Part shown: positions 26,118-39,605 of the stretch, piece by piece | Layout of the letters: every line of letters starts with the position of its first letter | Numbering within the stretch: position 1 is the stretch's first letter | From: Trichosphaerium sp. ATCC 40318 | Taxonomy: Eukaryota; Protista; Tubulinea | DNA: 64,000 bases | Assembly (NCBI GenBank): GCA_038496445.1 | Contig: JALMLS010000538.1 | Coordinates: 193,651-257,650, forward strand | Direction: 5' to 3' | Position numbers and translations under genes: made by a program | The notes under the pieces: generated by a model | What the model saw: the letters and a program-made list of their open reading frames with translations, nothing else | The model's database searches: none | Told to the model about the DNA's origin: nothing

Positions 26118-26793
26118 ATGTTAATGATGCTTCAATATTTTCTTATTTGTGGGTTTTACTGTCTATTACTTGTAGTAGGATACTTAATAACGTCTAAAAG
26201 CAAGGTATGTATAAAAAACGCGTGTGGTTACTAACAACACTGAGTAGCTTAAGGATATAGTAAACATTGAGAAAGAAGCATGTTGCCGTCTATTAGACCT
26301 TCCAACAGAGCTACACCTTGATATTATTGACTTAGATTATGAAGTTTATGTAAAGTGGCCTCTTTTATCAAGACACAGTGCTATTACAACAAGGTTTGAT
26401 AGTAGTTTTAACAAGCATGGAAAGTGGTTAAAGCAATCAAAACTAGGCATCTACTGTGAACATTCTTGGAAGCATGGTAAACGTCATGGAGAACAAAAAA
26501 GAAGATATTCTAAAGACCGTATGCTTCAACAGTACAATTGTATAGATGGTAGCATTGAAGGAGAATTCAAGGAGTGGCATTACAATGGTCTACTGGCCAC
26601 ACAGAGCTATTTTAAAGGTAATAAATGGGAAGGCGAGTATAAAAGCTGGTATAGAAATGGTCAGTTGTACACACATAGGTACTACAAAGAAGACAAATTG
26701 GAAGGTGAATACAAATGCTGGTACTCAGAAGGACGATTGTGTAGACACTGCTTTTATGTAAATGGTGAACTACAGAGAATACAAAGAGTTTGA
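26118..26793 (+). CDS. N-terminally membrane-anchored F-box / MORN-variant repeat protein, 2 exons
   Basis: Exon 1 (26118-26204) is hydrophobic: MLMMLQYFLICGFYCLLLVVGYLIT. A 43-nt intron GTATGT..TACTAAC..TAG (26205-26247) joins in frame to the F-box-like LLDLPTELHLDII and MORN_2 repeats EGEYKSWYRNGQL. Confidence 0.8.
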
Positions 26794-27152
26794 TAGAAAA
26801 GGTAAATTGAATAGGCATTCTATTTATATATGAAGCGCTTGCCACACGATATCCAGAAAGAGTATTGTATTTCCAGATTTAAACAAGTCATTTCATCCGC
26901 CAAGGGCATAAATTCTTGTAAATCAAAAAATTAATTGGTTTTCACTGTTTTTTGTTTCTAAATACACGTGACAAATGAAATTGTCTAATTTTTACCTTAC
27001 CAATAAACCGTAAAAAACTTTCTTAATTTGCGGTATATCGCTAATGCATTCTAGGTTTCTTTTGACATTTCAGCTGTGGTTCTTTGTTAAGTCATCTCTT
27101 TCATGCAGTTAAAAACTAAGTTGAGAGCTGTTTGTGCGTAGTGGTGTCGATT

Positions 27153-29222
27153 ATGGCCAAAAACCTTTCTGGTGAGGTAATTTGTAACTGTTTAGCTACT
27201 TTTGATTGACTTTAGACAAGCATTAAACAAAGATTCATATTTTAGGACAACTAGGAACCAACTCAAGCGAAAATCAAGCCGATAATTAAAAACGACAATA
27301 TCAGAGCGTTTGACAAAATGGACACCGAAGACAAGAAAGGTGAGGCTTTTGTAGCACGTTTAACTCCATCTAACAGTATTTTTTTAAAGCAGCTTATGGA
27401 TACTCGTTTATGCGTAATATAACACCTGCAAAAGATAGACCATTGGTTTCTGTTTCAGTATCTAGAAAGCGTACAGTTGGTAATACTAAAGACGTACTAA
27501 AAGCGTCAACTACACTTGACACAATGTCAATGTTTGCAAGATTTTCATCAACCAATAAAAATGTCGGACCAAATCAAGTATCCGACAGAGATATGGCTTC
27601 TGTCACAATGTCACAGTTAACAATTGAGGATCAAGATAGAGTAAAACTTAACTATGACGCTAATGACGTATCTTCAAATGATGAAGATCAACGTGTTTAC
27701 CGTTACTACCAGTGGTGGGTAAGTAATATGAAATCAAGTTAGTAGATTTATGTTTTAACATTTCTTTTATTAAGGTTGATGGTATTGAAGAGTTTATGTA
27801 TATTCATACAATCCAAGATTGGCATCGTGTACAGAAATACCAGCTTAAAGTTTATTCTTTCGATGCACCAAGATTATGTACATACTGTTTTTTGTGTCAA
27901 TGTAACGCTCATGTCTGTTTCTCTTCAGCATTGAATTTTGAAGACATTTCTCCTCCTACACGGTTAGCTGAAGGATCATTTGTTAGTAAAGTATCCGAAT
28001 CCTCATCTATCGTCAAAGAGAAAGAACGTATAGGTATGTAAAAATCCATAAACAAAAAACCAGAAGAGCACGTGCTTATTGTTTTCTTTTACAAAAAAGA
28101 TGTCCGTATCAAAAAAGAACATGCTAGTAGAAATAATGTTGTTATTGTTGAAGGACTATGTAACTATTTACTTGGAGAGAATGGATTAGTCTATTTGGTC
28201 CCACACAATCGTTTTAGATTAACAGGAAGGGTACCTAACCTTAAACGTATTATTCAGATTGATGCAGAAGAAAGTCATGCTCTTGCTTTGAGCAAAGATG
28301 GCCAAGTTTTCGAATGGAGATCCCACCGTCTCGTTAAGTCTAATACTCCCGTTAAACTAAGTATTGGCTATTTCATTGTATCCATAGCTACAGGGTTAAA
28401 CTATTCAATGGCATTAACCAACAAAGGATTTGTTTTTTCTTGGGGTGATAATTCATTTGGTCAACTTGGCCACTCTTTGGATAAACCAACAGGAGTACCA
28501 ACAAAAATTCCCAACCTAGAAAAAGTTACTCAAATAAGTGGTGGAAGAGAAGATTCTGTTGTATTAATTTCGGATGGGTCACTTACTGTGATGGGCAGAA
28601 TTCCTGCTATCAGGGTACGCTATATCAAATTTTTCAAATTTGAACGCCAAGCTCCGTCAGGTTCTTCTCTCAAACGAGATTGGTTCGTATTCTAGTTTCC
28701 ATTCGCTGTTGAGATAAGCAAATGACTGCGCTTGGCAATGTTTAATTTGAAGGAAACGGTAACAACCATGAAATCTAAGTACTTTTTTTTTGTAGCATGG
28801 AAAAGGACGAACGTATTACAACACTTTTGATGGTGATAAGATAACACTTTTAAAGCATAACTTTGCTCTAACATCATCTGGAAAAGTATATGAAGTCACA
28901 ACATCAAAGAAAAAACTTATCAGTGGCAACCTAAAGGTAACAGATATCTGTGGAAGACAGACTCCTTATTTTTTGGTTAACAACGGAGACATTTATCAAA
29001 AACAGCAAAAGAAGGTTAAAAAAATATCATCTTCATCTCAACGTGTACTCTATCACGCTTGCTCAACAGTGTTTGTTTCCGATTCAAGGACATTGGTTTT
29101 GAATGCACAAACAGGGAGAGCAAAATGGATTACAGATCCTGTTAAATACAACCAATATCATTGAGACCCTGGTTGTTTTTGTCGTTGTCAACAAGGAGAG
29201 GTTAATAGGCGGTTCCACCTGA
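27153..29222 (+). CDS. RCC1-repeat-containing protein, multi-exon (3' end approximate)
   Basis: IIQIDAEESHALALSKDGQVFEW, IVSIATGLNYSMALTNKGFVFSWGDNSFGQLGH and VTQISGG. Confidence 0.75.
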
Positions 29223-30545
29223 CGGAGAGTTGTGTTAAAGGTTTTCGGTAACTGGTATAGTAAGTACTTGTACAATAAATAAACGCCAAAAGCGCCCAAT
29301 CATATTCTGGTACATGAACTGGCAGAAACAAGGTAAACAATGTTGAACGCTTGTTTTCAAGTTTCTCGGTTTTTTTTTAGTACACTAACGATGTTCTAAA
29401 GTACATAAACAAATTTTCAATTGAAAATCGTGTCTTTTAGCAATCTGTCAATAGCCGCAAATTGATTTGCAGAGGAATCCCCGGTAAGAGGGCATACCAG
29501 CATTGGTCGTGAGAAGCTGACATTTGGTGACTGAGGTATCAATTATTAGCGAGATTGAATTGATGGTAGATAGAAACGTGACCCATTGAGTAGGTACAAC
29601 TGCTGAGGAGTGGGATACGAAAAGATTCATTTTCTCGTCCTCGTTGTGGCCTTTAATAGCTTCAGTCTTCAAGAAAATAAACACCGTGGAGCTCGTTAAC
29701 AACGTGTTATAACAACTTTACTATTGGTAAACTAAACTTATGGGTGAATTGGGTTTGAGAAACAATCACAAAACACGTTTGTTTAGAAAATATGACTTTC
29801 TATCCTAAGTTAGCAATTTAAACGTGGTGTCAAGCGTTTGGAAAAGTATGAATTATGTAGCAATAGGGACACCGTAGTAAATAAGTTTTCTTGCTTATAC
29901 AGTTAGTGGTAATAGCCAACCAACAGATACCTACATACTTTTTTGTCAACTAAAATAATTTTGGATTCACATTAGCGCGCTCCCTAGTAACGCGTTAAAA
30001 ATGATGCTTTATGCTCACTACAAAAAAATACTACACTACTATCGTAAGGACAAGCGTGGTTCTTATATGTCCACACAGTATTGTAACGCGCAGTTACAGC
30101 GTAAACTTGCTGTAATATTACTACTGCAGGAAGAAATGTCCGAGGGTTGCGTCATGTGTAAACCCAAATCATGCGTTGTCCCTTTTTCTACAATAAAGTG
30201 ACTTTGTGAAGCTCCAAATCGATAAACTAGTCGAATTCTCTGTACTAGCGCAAAAATTCTCTACAAATGAAAAAAATGTGCTTCATTTTTAGTTCTTTTT
30301 TTTCATACATACCACGCCAATAACAACACTTGTATCGCTTTAGTTTCAAACAAGAGGTAACTTAGCTATAATTTAACCTTAAATTACCTTTTAAAGTACT
30401 TTTTGTAACCACGTGAATTCGTGACAAACCAGAGCGTTTTTTTTCTTCAAAACCGCGCAAATGTCTAAATTAGTTCCGTAAAGAATTCTGTCCTATTTTT
30501 TTTTCGATCACGTGACTAATTTCTAAATTTCTGCCCTAGTGAACA

Positions 30546-33500
30546 ATGTCAGCAGCACTATACTGCGGTGTTATGGTTGCTTTAGTCTTCTTTGTTTCGA
30601 GTTCGCTTTCCGCTTCAAGCGCTAGTCCTGATACTATCTTCAATTGTAACGTAACTGCTACTAACTGGGGCTGCCCTCCTACTGATTGGAGGAACAAAAC
30701 AATAACGCGAAACGGCGAAAGGGTGCAAGTACCAAACCGCTTAAGATGTGACACGAAACCCGAACCACTCATGAGTTGGGCGACAAAGACAGTCCGAACT
30801 GATGACTATATGGTCTTCGTTGGCGCAGAGGATAACCCACAGACCGAATATGTACCTGGGAGTATCATTGAAGTTACTGTACTTACCCTCAAGTACTGGT
30901 CAAAGTACAGAGGGTTGATGATGTGCGCTTTTCTATCTTTTTTAGACTTTTTTTCATTTTGCCCTTTTGGTTCCCTCTCCATACGTAACATTACTAATAT
31001 TGTCTTTAAGGTACGCCGAAGATTCGGACAATAATCACGTGGGTGAATGGAAGTTACCAGATGATTTCCCACGTGCGTGTGAACTTTGCGAGATTTTCTT
31101 TTTTGAATCAGTTTCTGTGTTGCTACTTTTTTTTCATCTTTTTATGATCACGTGACGTTGTATATGAACTTACGCGTGTATTTAGCCGTATTCCAGTTGC
31201 CTTGGGCTTCTGATCATCAAACTTGCGCTCAGACATTGATGCACGCAAGTGCTCAATTGAAGCCTTTGAGATCTACCATTTCGTTTGTTGCTCCGCCAAA
31301 GGGTACCGGAAAAATCACTTTCCGAGCACTCATAAAGAGCGGCGATGCCAACACTGGTGACTTCTGGTGGCCAAATATGGATGGCGACTTTACAATGACA
31401 GAATCAAGCGAATCTCTTCCAACAAACACTGGATGGTTCCAAACAGAGGTACTGTCCAGCAACCAAATATTATTGTCTTATTCTTTCAAAGGTTGGACAA
31501 TCTTGTACTGAGCGATGTGAGATGGAAAGTCTTCAATGTGACTTGGTTTCTTTGGAGAGTATAAACGGCATTGACGAGATTAACTCAGAATTGAAAGTAT
31601 CTGGATTTTTATGCAAGAAACCCTTCCTCAGTGGTTGCAGCGCTCTTGGTACAACACAAAGTACAGCAGGATTTTGTTACTACGATGATACAAGATGCGG
31701 AATGCAAGGTCGTTCTAATGATAGAGTAAGCTGTGACGCAAAGAGTACAAGTGATGAAGACGGGTATGTTTACTTTACGCTGCTTCTTTATTTTTCTAAC
31801 TTCTTCTCTAAGAATGCGATTCTGTCGATGCTTGGAAGCTACCTTAGCGCCAGTCACACAGGATAACACCACTGCACCATCTGATAGCGGTACTGGATCA
31901 CCAATCGACGATCCAAATGGCTCATCTTCATCCTCCCGACCAATCATCTCCGTTTTGTTGCTTTGCCTATGCACATTCGGTATTGCCTTCTTCACATCAC
32001 AAAACGGTCGCACTTCAACGCCATTTATCCTTGGACTATTACTTATTGCTCTCATCGCATTGCCTTCGGCTCACGGACACAACTGGGTCACAAGCATTAG
32101 TCGAACACCTCGTGCTAGTACAGAAACACCTTGTCCACCTAAAATTCAAGAGGGACCTCATGTTCAAGTTGGTCCTGGTCAGGAATTTGAACTAGAAAAT
32201 GTTCAAGGTCACGGAGGTGTATCTTACTTTGCTATTGTTCACAAGAAGAATGAGGATAAATTAAAACTCCACACAAAGAAGATGTTTGAAAAATACTTTG
32301 ACGAAGCGCCTGCATCAGCACTCTCAACACTTCGTGTTGTACACAGACGTTTTAGAAACCGCGATCCAGAAGATGGAGACTCCTTCCTGGGACCTGAGAT
32401 TGCCATAACGGATCCTGACTTTGTTCCTCGACCAGAAGCTTTTGGAGGATGGGGAGCTGAAGCAAAGTTGTTTCCATACAAACCAGAGTATCATCAAGAC
32501 AACTACGCTGAATACGAACATCCAGATATGCCTTGGATTGAAGGTGTTTTCAGAGGAAGACATTACACCAAGAGACCTGGAGATTCTGATGCTGTTAAGA
32601 TTAAGATACCTGATAGCTCTGAAAAGGGAAGGTACATCGTTCATTGGTACTGGAATGGATATCGTGACTGTACAGATGTTGACTACGTTGATCATCAAGT
32701 TGAGAATATTTACGGAATTAAAGAAAACGTGACATCATACACGTACGTTCTTCAACATATATAAATCAATCGTACTTATAAATGTGCTTAGGCGTGTAGA
32801 TCACTGCTTCTTCCCAAAGTACAGAAGTGCAGGAAGTACGAACTAAACTTTTAAATATCAATTGCTAATGCTGTTTTCTTTAGGATGTACAAAAATCTAC
32901 ACTGACTTGTCTTACTGCGCTCGAACATGTGGTCTAACGTGTTCTGGTATCGCGGTTATGCCTCTATCAGTTGCATCAAGATACGCAGAAGAAGCATCAC
33001 TGGTTCCTGATGGTTGCTTTGAAAACTTCGATAACTTCACGGCAATAGAAAACCCTGAAGATATAAACGTTTGTTTCTCTGTGCGAGGAAGAATACCTTC
33101 TGATACCTTTGGAGAAACAGAGATAGTCTTTGAGGATGACCCCGCCTATAGAGCCACATGTTATGTGAGAGGAACTGGCCGCGTATTTCCGGGATATGTA
33201 GCAGATACAGAAAAGGAGATACCATGGAGACATGGAGATAAATGTATCGACTGCAACACAAGAGAACTCAACAAAGACTTATCGTTGACGAATATACCAG
33301 CCTGGCCGCTCTCTGAAGATTGTATAAACTGCGACCTTGAACCTGTAGTAGTTAACAAGCCAAAGGTACCTGCGTTAATCAACAAACAGTCAAGTATGGC
33401 TTGTAACGGAGCAAGAAACGTTTGGACTCAAGTGAACGGAGAGAACCACTACAGTTGTAACGGAACAAGAGCTGAAGTTTCTAAGCTTTGTCATAAACAG

Positions 33501-33737
33501 CTTAGGTTCGACGGTAGAAGAGAAAAAACTGATGGTTTCTTCCCTTCAGAGTGTGCTATGGCTGCTAGCTTGGATCCCGAATGTACTGACAAGATTACAA
33601 TGTTCGATCGCAGCTTGACTTATGGTGGTGTACGTGCTGGCCAGTGCTATTGTCAGACAAAGGTTGAGTGTTGTAACGGGTGCTCATTGGTCGATAGAGG
33701 TACTGCCTATCACTATTATGATCTTGCGATGGTTTGA
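30546..33737 (+). CDS. Secreted/membrane multidomain protein: signal peptide, Reeler domain, Cys-rich domain, TM helix, internal signal peptide, LPMO-like His-brace domain, Cys-rich C-terminus
   Basis: Reeler motifs YVPGSIIEVTV..KYRGLMMYAE..VGEW..SFVAPPKGTGKITFRA. In-frame exons 30546-30922, 31011-31072, 31186-31448, 31492-31763 and 31813 onward. AHG|HNW, QGHGG and YIVHWYWNGYRDCTDV. Confidence 0.75.
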
Positions 33738-34485
33738 AGTCTTACAAAAACCCAAATTGGGAAATAAATATACTTATTATCGTTCTTGCGTTGTGTACCT
33801 CACGTAATACAAAACATAATTTAGTCTTCTATCGAATACTATGATCAACTTATTGTGTATTCAGCTTAACAATGAGTTATTTGTTATACACTTATAGACT
33901 TGCCGGTGGACACAGCAGAAGCTCTGAGGGTAAGTCAAAAAATAGTTCAAACTGAAATTATACGTGCACATTAATGAGTTCGACTGAAGAATGATCTAAA
34001 ACCTGTATGCAATAAGAGTACAAAGGTCATAGCATGTAGATAATGTATCATGTGTCATCAAGTGAACGTATGTTGGTACTTAAATAACGTTTTTTTGCCA
34101 ATCACGTGACGAGACTTTTAAACATGATCATAATTAAATTGTGCGTCAAACGTAGCGCGCTTTAAAATATCTATAATAATAGCGTCAATGTACATAAAAT
34201 GCTCGCAAAACAATGTTTTTATTTTGCTATTTTACTAACTTTTTACGAAACGAATTCTCGTCTTTGATATTACTCTTCTAGTCCATTTAAACTCTTTTCA
34301 ACGTACCTAGCGTTTTTTAAATTCATGTTTAAACTTAAAACAAATATATCACGTGCAAGCAAGCATTAAAAAAGAGTCCCTTGCGTTTACTCCAAGAATG
34401 CACGTAAAATTGCCTTAAAACAGAAATCTCGATTGTCGGTGATTTTTCTCGTGAAATAGACCCAAAACCGCAACTCAACAGCCTA

Positions 34486-36208
34486 ATGAAGTTCCTCTTT
34501 ATCATATTGGCGCTAGTGACCCTTAAAAACTATGTATATAGTCAAGAGATAGATTTGTTTACTGCCATCAGTACCGTTTCAGCAGGAGGCCCAGGTGCTA
34601 TTGAAATCGCAGAGGAGAGCGTAACAGACCCTGTATCAATAATAGGCGGTACTAGAATCCTAAGAGCTACACGTACTGCGTCTTCAGCGCCGTCTCTGAC
34701 CTTGCGTTGTGCTGCTATTGCAGGTTTTCTAGCCTACAGCGCAGATGTGACTGTTTCAGGTGAGTGTAGAGCTATATACGCTGGGGATGATGGTAACGGT
34801 TTAACTCCTACGAATTTCATACAGAGCGGATGTGGTAAGTGAATTCTTTTTTGTAAAGAACACTTTACTTCTTTTGCTAAACGGTTTTTTCTTTTTTATT
34901 AAGATTGTTGGAATCTGCACATGGTTGACACTGATAACGATGTTGTTCTTGAGTTTATTGCACGTAGTACACTTCAATCTGATCTTTTGGTATCCACCCT
35001 CCCAATACAGACGGCGGTTGTAGATCAAGATATTTGCTTCCCTTTTTCCGGGAACCGTACTGTTTATTCTTCTATTGACCATATTGAGATTGGCATTATT
35101 GGTAATAGGATTAATATTGATGCGAATATAGGATATTCGTGTTGTCAACCAAGACTATCCTGCTGGTAAGTGTTTTTTCCAACTTGTGTTTTTTCGTGAT
35201 AGTTTTTTTTTCTTTCTTGTTTTTTTCCAAAGCGTGTCTTGACTCGTTCTACCGCTAAAGTTTTGCTTCGTTAGGCATACTGTTACAGATTTGAACGACG
35301 TGATGGTTAGTGAAACAAATATTGGAGATACTATAAGATTAGGTATCATGTGCGAAAACTATGACTCGTTGCCAGAAAGCATAGAAGAATTTGAAATTTC
35401 TTTTGGTTTTCCGCAAACTATTGGTCGTATGGACGATACAACAATAACCTGTAATAGTGCGGTAAGTTCCCTCGAACAATCTCCAAATTCTCTAGGTCTC
35501 TAAGTTATCTTATACGTGTATCAGGCAATGAATCCAACAGTTACTGGGAATGCACTTACATTGAGTGCTATCTTAAACGAGAACGAATTAGTTAGCTGTG
35601 TGGTTGAAGTTGATTTGTTTGCTAATGGTATAGCGAATGATATTGCAGCTGATATTACGTCATTACGCACACCTGATGTCACATTCAAATCTAACGCCAA
35701 TATGAATACGTGAGTACCCAATATTTTTTTTTTTTAAGCTGACAGTTTTTGATAATATCTTGTTTAAGGCAAGGCACAGTTGATTTCTGCAAACCTCCAG
35801 AACCCTCAACTGTTGTGGTTGGAAATCCACCCACAGACGCACCTACTCTTCAACCTACACCTGAACCACCAACTGCAACTGCAGCACCTACAACTGAACC
35901 TCCAACAGGAACTCCAACAACTCTATCGCCAACTGAGCCAAGTCAACTAATTTGTATTTCACCTCGTATTATTGATGGCATGTGCCAGTACGTATTTCAA
36001 CAATGAAGACATTCCCATAGCTATATAGCCCTATACTCTATCTAATGACATTTCTAGGTGTCAAACATTCCCTTGTCACAGACTACCTGATAGTGATGAT
36101 ATTCAATGTGAAACAGAAGATTGGTATTGCTATTTCATAACAATGGCTCCTTCTTCAGGTTCCTTTAGAGTATCTTACGGAGGATTTGAATGTTTTTGTT
36201 CAGTGTAA
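34486..36208 (+). CDS. Secreted surface protein with an 'IDxF..IGGxR' N-terminal domain, an Ig/DUF11-like domain, a Pro/Thr linker and a small Cys-rich tail; paralog of the gene at 62098
   Basis: Signal peptide MKFLFIILALVTLKNYVYS, then EIDLF...SIIGGTRIL...GFLAYS, a PPTDAPTLQPTPEPPT linker, and a C-terminus GGFECFCSV*. Confidence 0.65.
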
Positions 36209-36534
36209 AATAAACGAAAAAAACAATACCAAACGAGTCACAGCACATTAACGGCCTTTCTTGACAAAAATGCTCAAGTTTGTATGTTGGCTGTAAAAAA
36301 GTTCGTGGGTGTATTTCTCATAGCGGTGAAAAGATTCCACGGTGGCTATGTGATTCACATGAATACGGTTCTGTACTACATGATTTAAAGGGCCGTCTAA
36401 GTAGACACAATGATCCAACAGTCAGCCACTGTGACTGGTCAATGTCTTTTTTTCAAGGAAAAGAATGCACTGATTTCTGTTAAGGCTTGTAGCGTATTCA
36501 TTCAGTCTTTTTTAACTCAACACAAGCACAACAG

Positions 36535-37534
36535 ATGGACCTCATATTCACCGTAGATGGCATGGAATTCATTGTAAAGCGCTTTGTACCTGAAAACTGT
36601 GTGCGTATAACGGCCTCCAAGTACTCCCTGGACTTGATGAACATGGACGATTCCTTCTAGGTGCGTGATTATCAAACGGTTTACGCAAACCATCTCATCG
36701 TTTCACACAGCCCAGCTAAAGAAAGGATCTAAAAAGTACGCTAATTTTCGCGTTTGTGGAACAAAGTGGGTTGTGGGAGATTGCGTCTGTTAACGCTCAA
36801 CAGCTCACTTTAAGCCTGCATAGAAAGACTGTGTCAGTAAACTTGGTTCTTAAAGCTGATTTACCAAGATTCAGCACGGACATCAAGAACAAGAACAAGG
36901 TACTATTAGTACAAAAAATGGAACATGCAAAGTTGCAAAAAAATATCACGTGATATCAAAGTAAAGTATTTTCTAGGTTTGGAGTTTGAATGTACTTGGT
37001 AACATTGCAACTATGAAAAAAGGACGTGAATGTACGGCTTCCTTGTTTTCCGAAGCTAATTTCGACCTTACAAGTAACTGACTAGTACCAGGTGTTGCTC
37101 TTCTCGAACCCGCAGTGTCAAAAGGCACAAAAAGTGTTGCCTTCAAGTACGTGTCATTTGAGATGATGACGATGCTAATAATCTTTCCAACAGGGTCCTT
37201 GACGTCTCACAGTCACTTAGACTAGGGATTGTACCTTGCGAAAAGTTCTCCTTGCAAAGCAGGCTGGGTAGTGAAGTAAATAGCAATGGTGTTGGTATCT
37301 TTATCTGGTGAAGTAATTCAAAACAAAATGATAACTACAAAATGCTACAGGGGAGAAGGGTTTAACAAGGGCGATATTGTTACAGTAACAATAGATATGG
37401 AAAACAAAAAGGTTTCTTTCTTGATAGGAGGAAAGCAGGTCAAAACCCCTCCTAAAGATCTAGGTGAAAAGTTCGACTCTTACTACTTTGCTGTGAGCGC
37501 TAATGACTCCTGTTCCTTACTCATTGTTTACTAA
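36535..37534 (+). pseudogene. BTB-like + SPRY domain gene with apparent frameshifts (pseudogene or assembly errors)
   Basis: SPRY motifs LRLGIVP and FNKGDIVTVTIDMENKKVSFLIGG...YYFAVS; BTB-like LDEHGRFLL. The frame breaks at about 36610 and about 37285-37305 with no room for an intron. Confidence 0.5.
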
Positions 37535-37992
37535 AGCAAAAAATCATCACTTCATGCCTGACTTAGCTTCTTTGCTTACAACTTTCACAAGTCTTTTTTT
37601 AAGGGTGGTGGCTTTGGTTTTTTTTAAAAGTGGTTTGGGTATGAGGCGGTAAAGGGACAATCATCAAAGATCAATCTTAACTGAGACCAGCCAAGATTAA
37701 AAAAATAGACAACGGTTCTTACATCCACCAGATTGGGTTTTTTTTGGGTTTTTTGGGTTTTTTTTGACATCGCGTCATAGCTAATACTCACAATTGTTTG
37801 CTGTAATAGTTGCAATGTACTATGTATGGTTTAAAACTATTTATTTTAGCTAGCACCAATACAATGTCTACAGATAAATAAGTGTCTAAGGCAGCTTGAC
37901 CAGAGTTTCAAACATTTCTGAAAGAAAACAGCAGCCACAAGACACAACGTCAATCCAAATATTTACATTGTTTTGTAGTATTAACACATAGG

Positions 37993-39240
37993 CTATAACC
38001 ACACAATAATTAACCAAACAATAGATGCTATTACTGCAAATACCGTCAATATTTTATATTCACGTGGGATATCCACCCCACTTTTGTCATGTCTTCTAAT
38101 ATACCAACAATAGCTCAAATCTATAGTATGAACACCTGCTAAAGCTGTAACACCAGCATCAGTAACAAGAGTACTACATAAATCTATTGTATGAACACCA
38201 GCCAACGCTTTAATTCCTTCATCTGTCACATATCTACAGAAACTTAAATTGATTGTGTGAACACCAGCCAACGCTTTAATTCCTTCATCTGTCACATATC
38301 TACAGAAACTCATATTAATGGTATGAGCTCCAGCTAAAGCTCTAATACTTTCGTCTGTCACTTTACACTCATTAACATTGATGCTATGAACACCAGCCAA
38401 GGCTTTAATCCCATCATCAGTCAATTGATCACAAAAAGCAACAGAAATTGTATGAACTCCGGCCAATGCTTTAATACCTTTATCTGTAGTATTTCTACAA
38501 CCGCTCAGATTTATAGTGTGAACACCAGCTAAAGCTATAAGGCCATCTTCTTTTACATTACATTCGCTCAAATCTATTGTATGAACTCCTGCTAAAGCTC
38601 TAACACCAGCATCAGTAACATGAGTACCACTTAAATTGATTGTGTGAACACCAGCCAACGCTGTAATTCCTTCATCTGTCACATTATTATACCGTAAATT
38701 TATTGTATGAACACCAGCCAAAGCTTTAATACCTTCATCTGTCACGTGTTTGCAAATACTCAAATCAATTGTGTGAATACCAGCTAAACATTTAACTCCC
38801 TTATCTGTCACGTTCGTTTTTGCCAATACAATCTTCCGTATTCCAGCTAATAGAATTAGATGATCATCAGTACAGTCATCAAGCTGAAGACTATTAATAA
38901 TCTTAAAGTTACTAAGATCAACTCCTTTCTCCAGATTCTGTAATTTGAGGTCAAATGCTCCTTGCAAGTACTGTAAGTGGTGTTGTCTTATACCAAATTG
39001 AATTATAATTCTATTTGAGTCTATGAGATGAGGTGAAGTTTTGTACAGTTTTATGAGCTTTTCTTCAGTTTCTATGATTATATCTCTTGTGTTTGCGTAT
39101 TGCAAGTGGTATTTTGCGATATTAGCAAACATTTTAGATGTATGCACTATAGAGTCCATAGATAACAGCGGAACATTGTGTAGTATATGAACAATAACTT
39201 CAACTGGTATCTCATCAAAGAATGCGCTGTTTGTGTTCAT
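37993..39240 (-). CDS. F-box / LRR protein with a C-terminal transmembrane tail anchor, intronless
   Basis: F-box FFDEIPVEVIVHILHNV, about 10 LAGVHTI(N/D)LS..VTDEGIKA repeats, and C-terminal ILTVFAVIASIVWLIIVWL*. Confidence 0.9.
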   Translation of the reverse strand: MNTNSAFFDEIPVEVIVHILHNVPLLSMDSIVHTSKMFANIAKYHLQYANTRDIIIETEEKLIKLYKTSPHLIDSNRIIIQFGIRQHHLQYLQGAFDLKLQNLEKGVDLSNFKIINSLQLDDCTDDHLILLAGIRKIVLAKTNVTDKGVKCLAGIHTIDLSICKHVTDEGIKALAGVHTINLRYNNVTDEGITALAGVHTINLSGTHVTDAGVRALAGVHTIDLSECNVKEDGLIALAGVHTINLSGCRNTTDKGIKALAGVHTISVAFCDQLTDDGIKALAGVHSINVNECKVTDESIRALAGAHTINMSFCRYVTDEGIKALAGVHTINLSFCRYVTDEGIKALAGVHTIDLCSTLVTDAGVTALAGVHTIDLSYCWYIRRHDKSGVDIPREYKILTVFAVIASIVWLIIVWL

Positions 39241-39605
39241 TATCAAGTTTACAAGGAGCTAGTTCCGATATAAAATAAAGAACCTTACAACAGCAAAGCA
39301 AGACAAGGTGCCACGTGCGTTTTGCTCCTTTGAACTACCGGAGTTGACTTGAAAAACATAAACAGTAAAAGATTTTACCTGAAATAACTATTATTAGCTT
39401 TTCAGAGAAACTGACTTTAAGCATCAAGAACGATAGCAAACATTTATTGTACCGTATAGCAGTAGTACACGACAACTGTAGGACTAACTTAATACAACAT
39501 TTTAAACAGCTACACTTGCAACAAAAAAAAAGTAAAAAAGAAGCAAAAAGATAACAAGACAGATTACTGTACAAAGTGGGGTTGCTTTTTTATGGAATTA
39601 AGTAC

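Noticed and set aside
29448-29702. 84-aa minus-strand ORF
   Set aside because: No domain, signal or splice support, so it cannot be distinguished from chance.
3553-39240. Endogenous giant-virus insertion suggested by F-box/LRR/MORN genes
   Set aside because: No viral hallmark genes (capsid, polB, packaging ATPase). The genes are scattered among ordinary intron-rich host genes.
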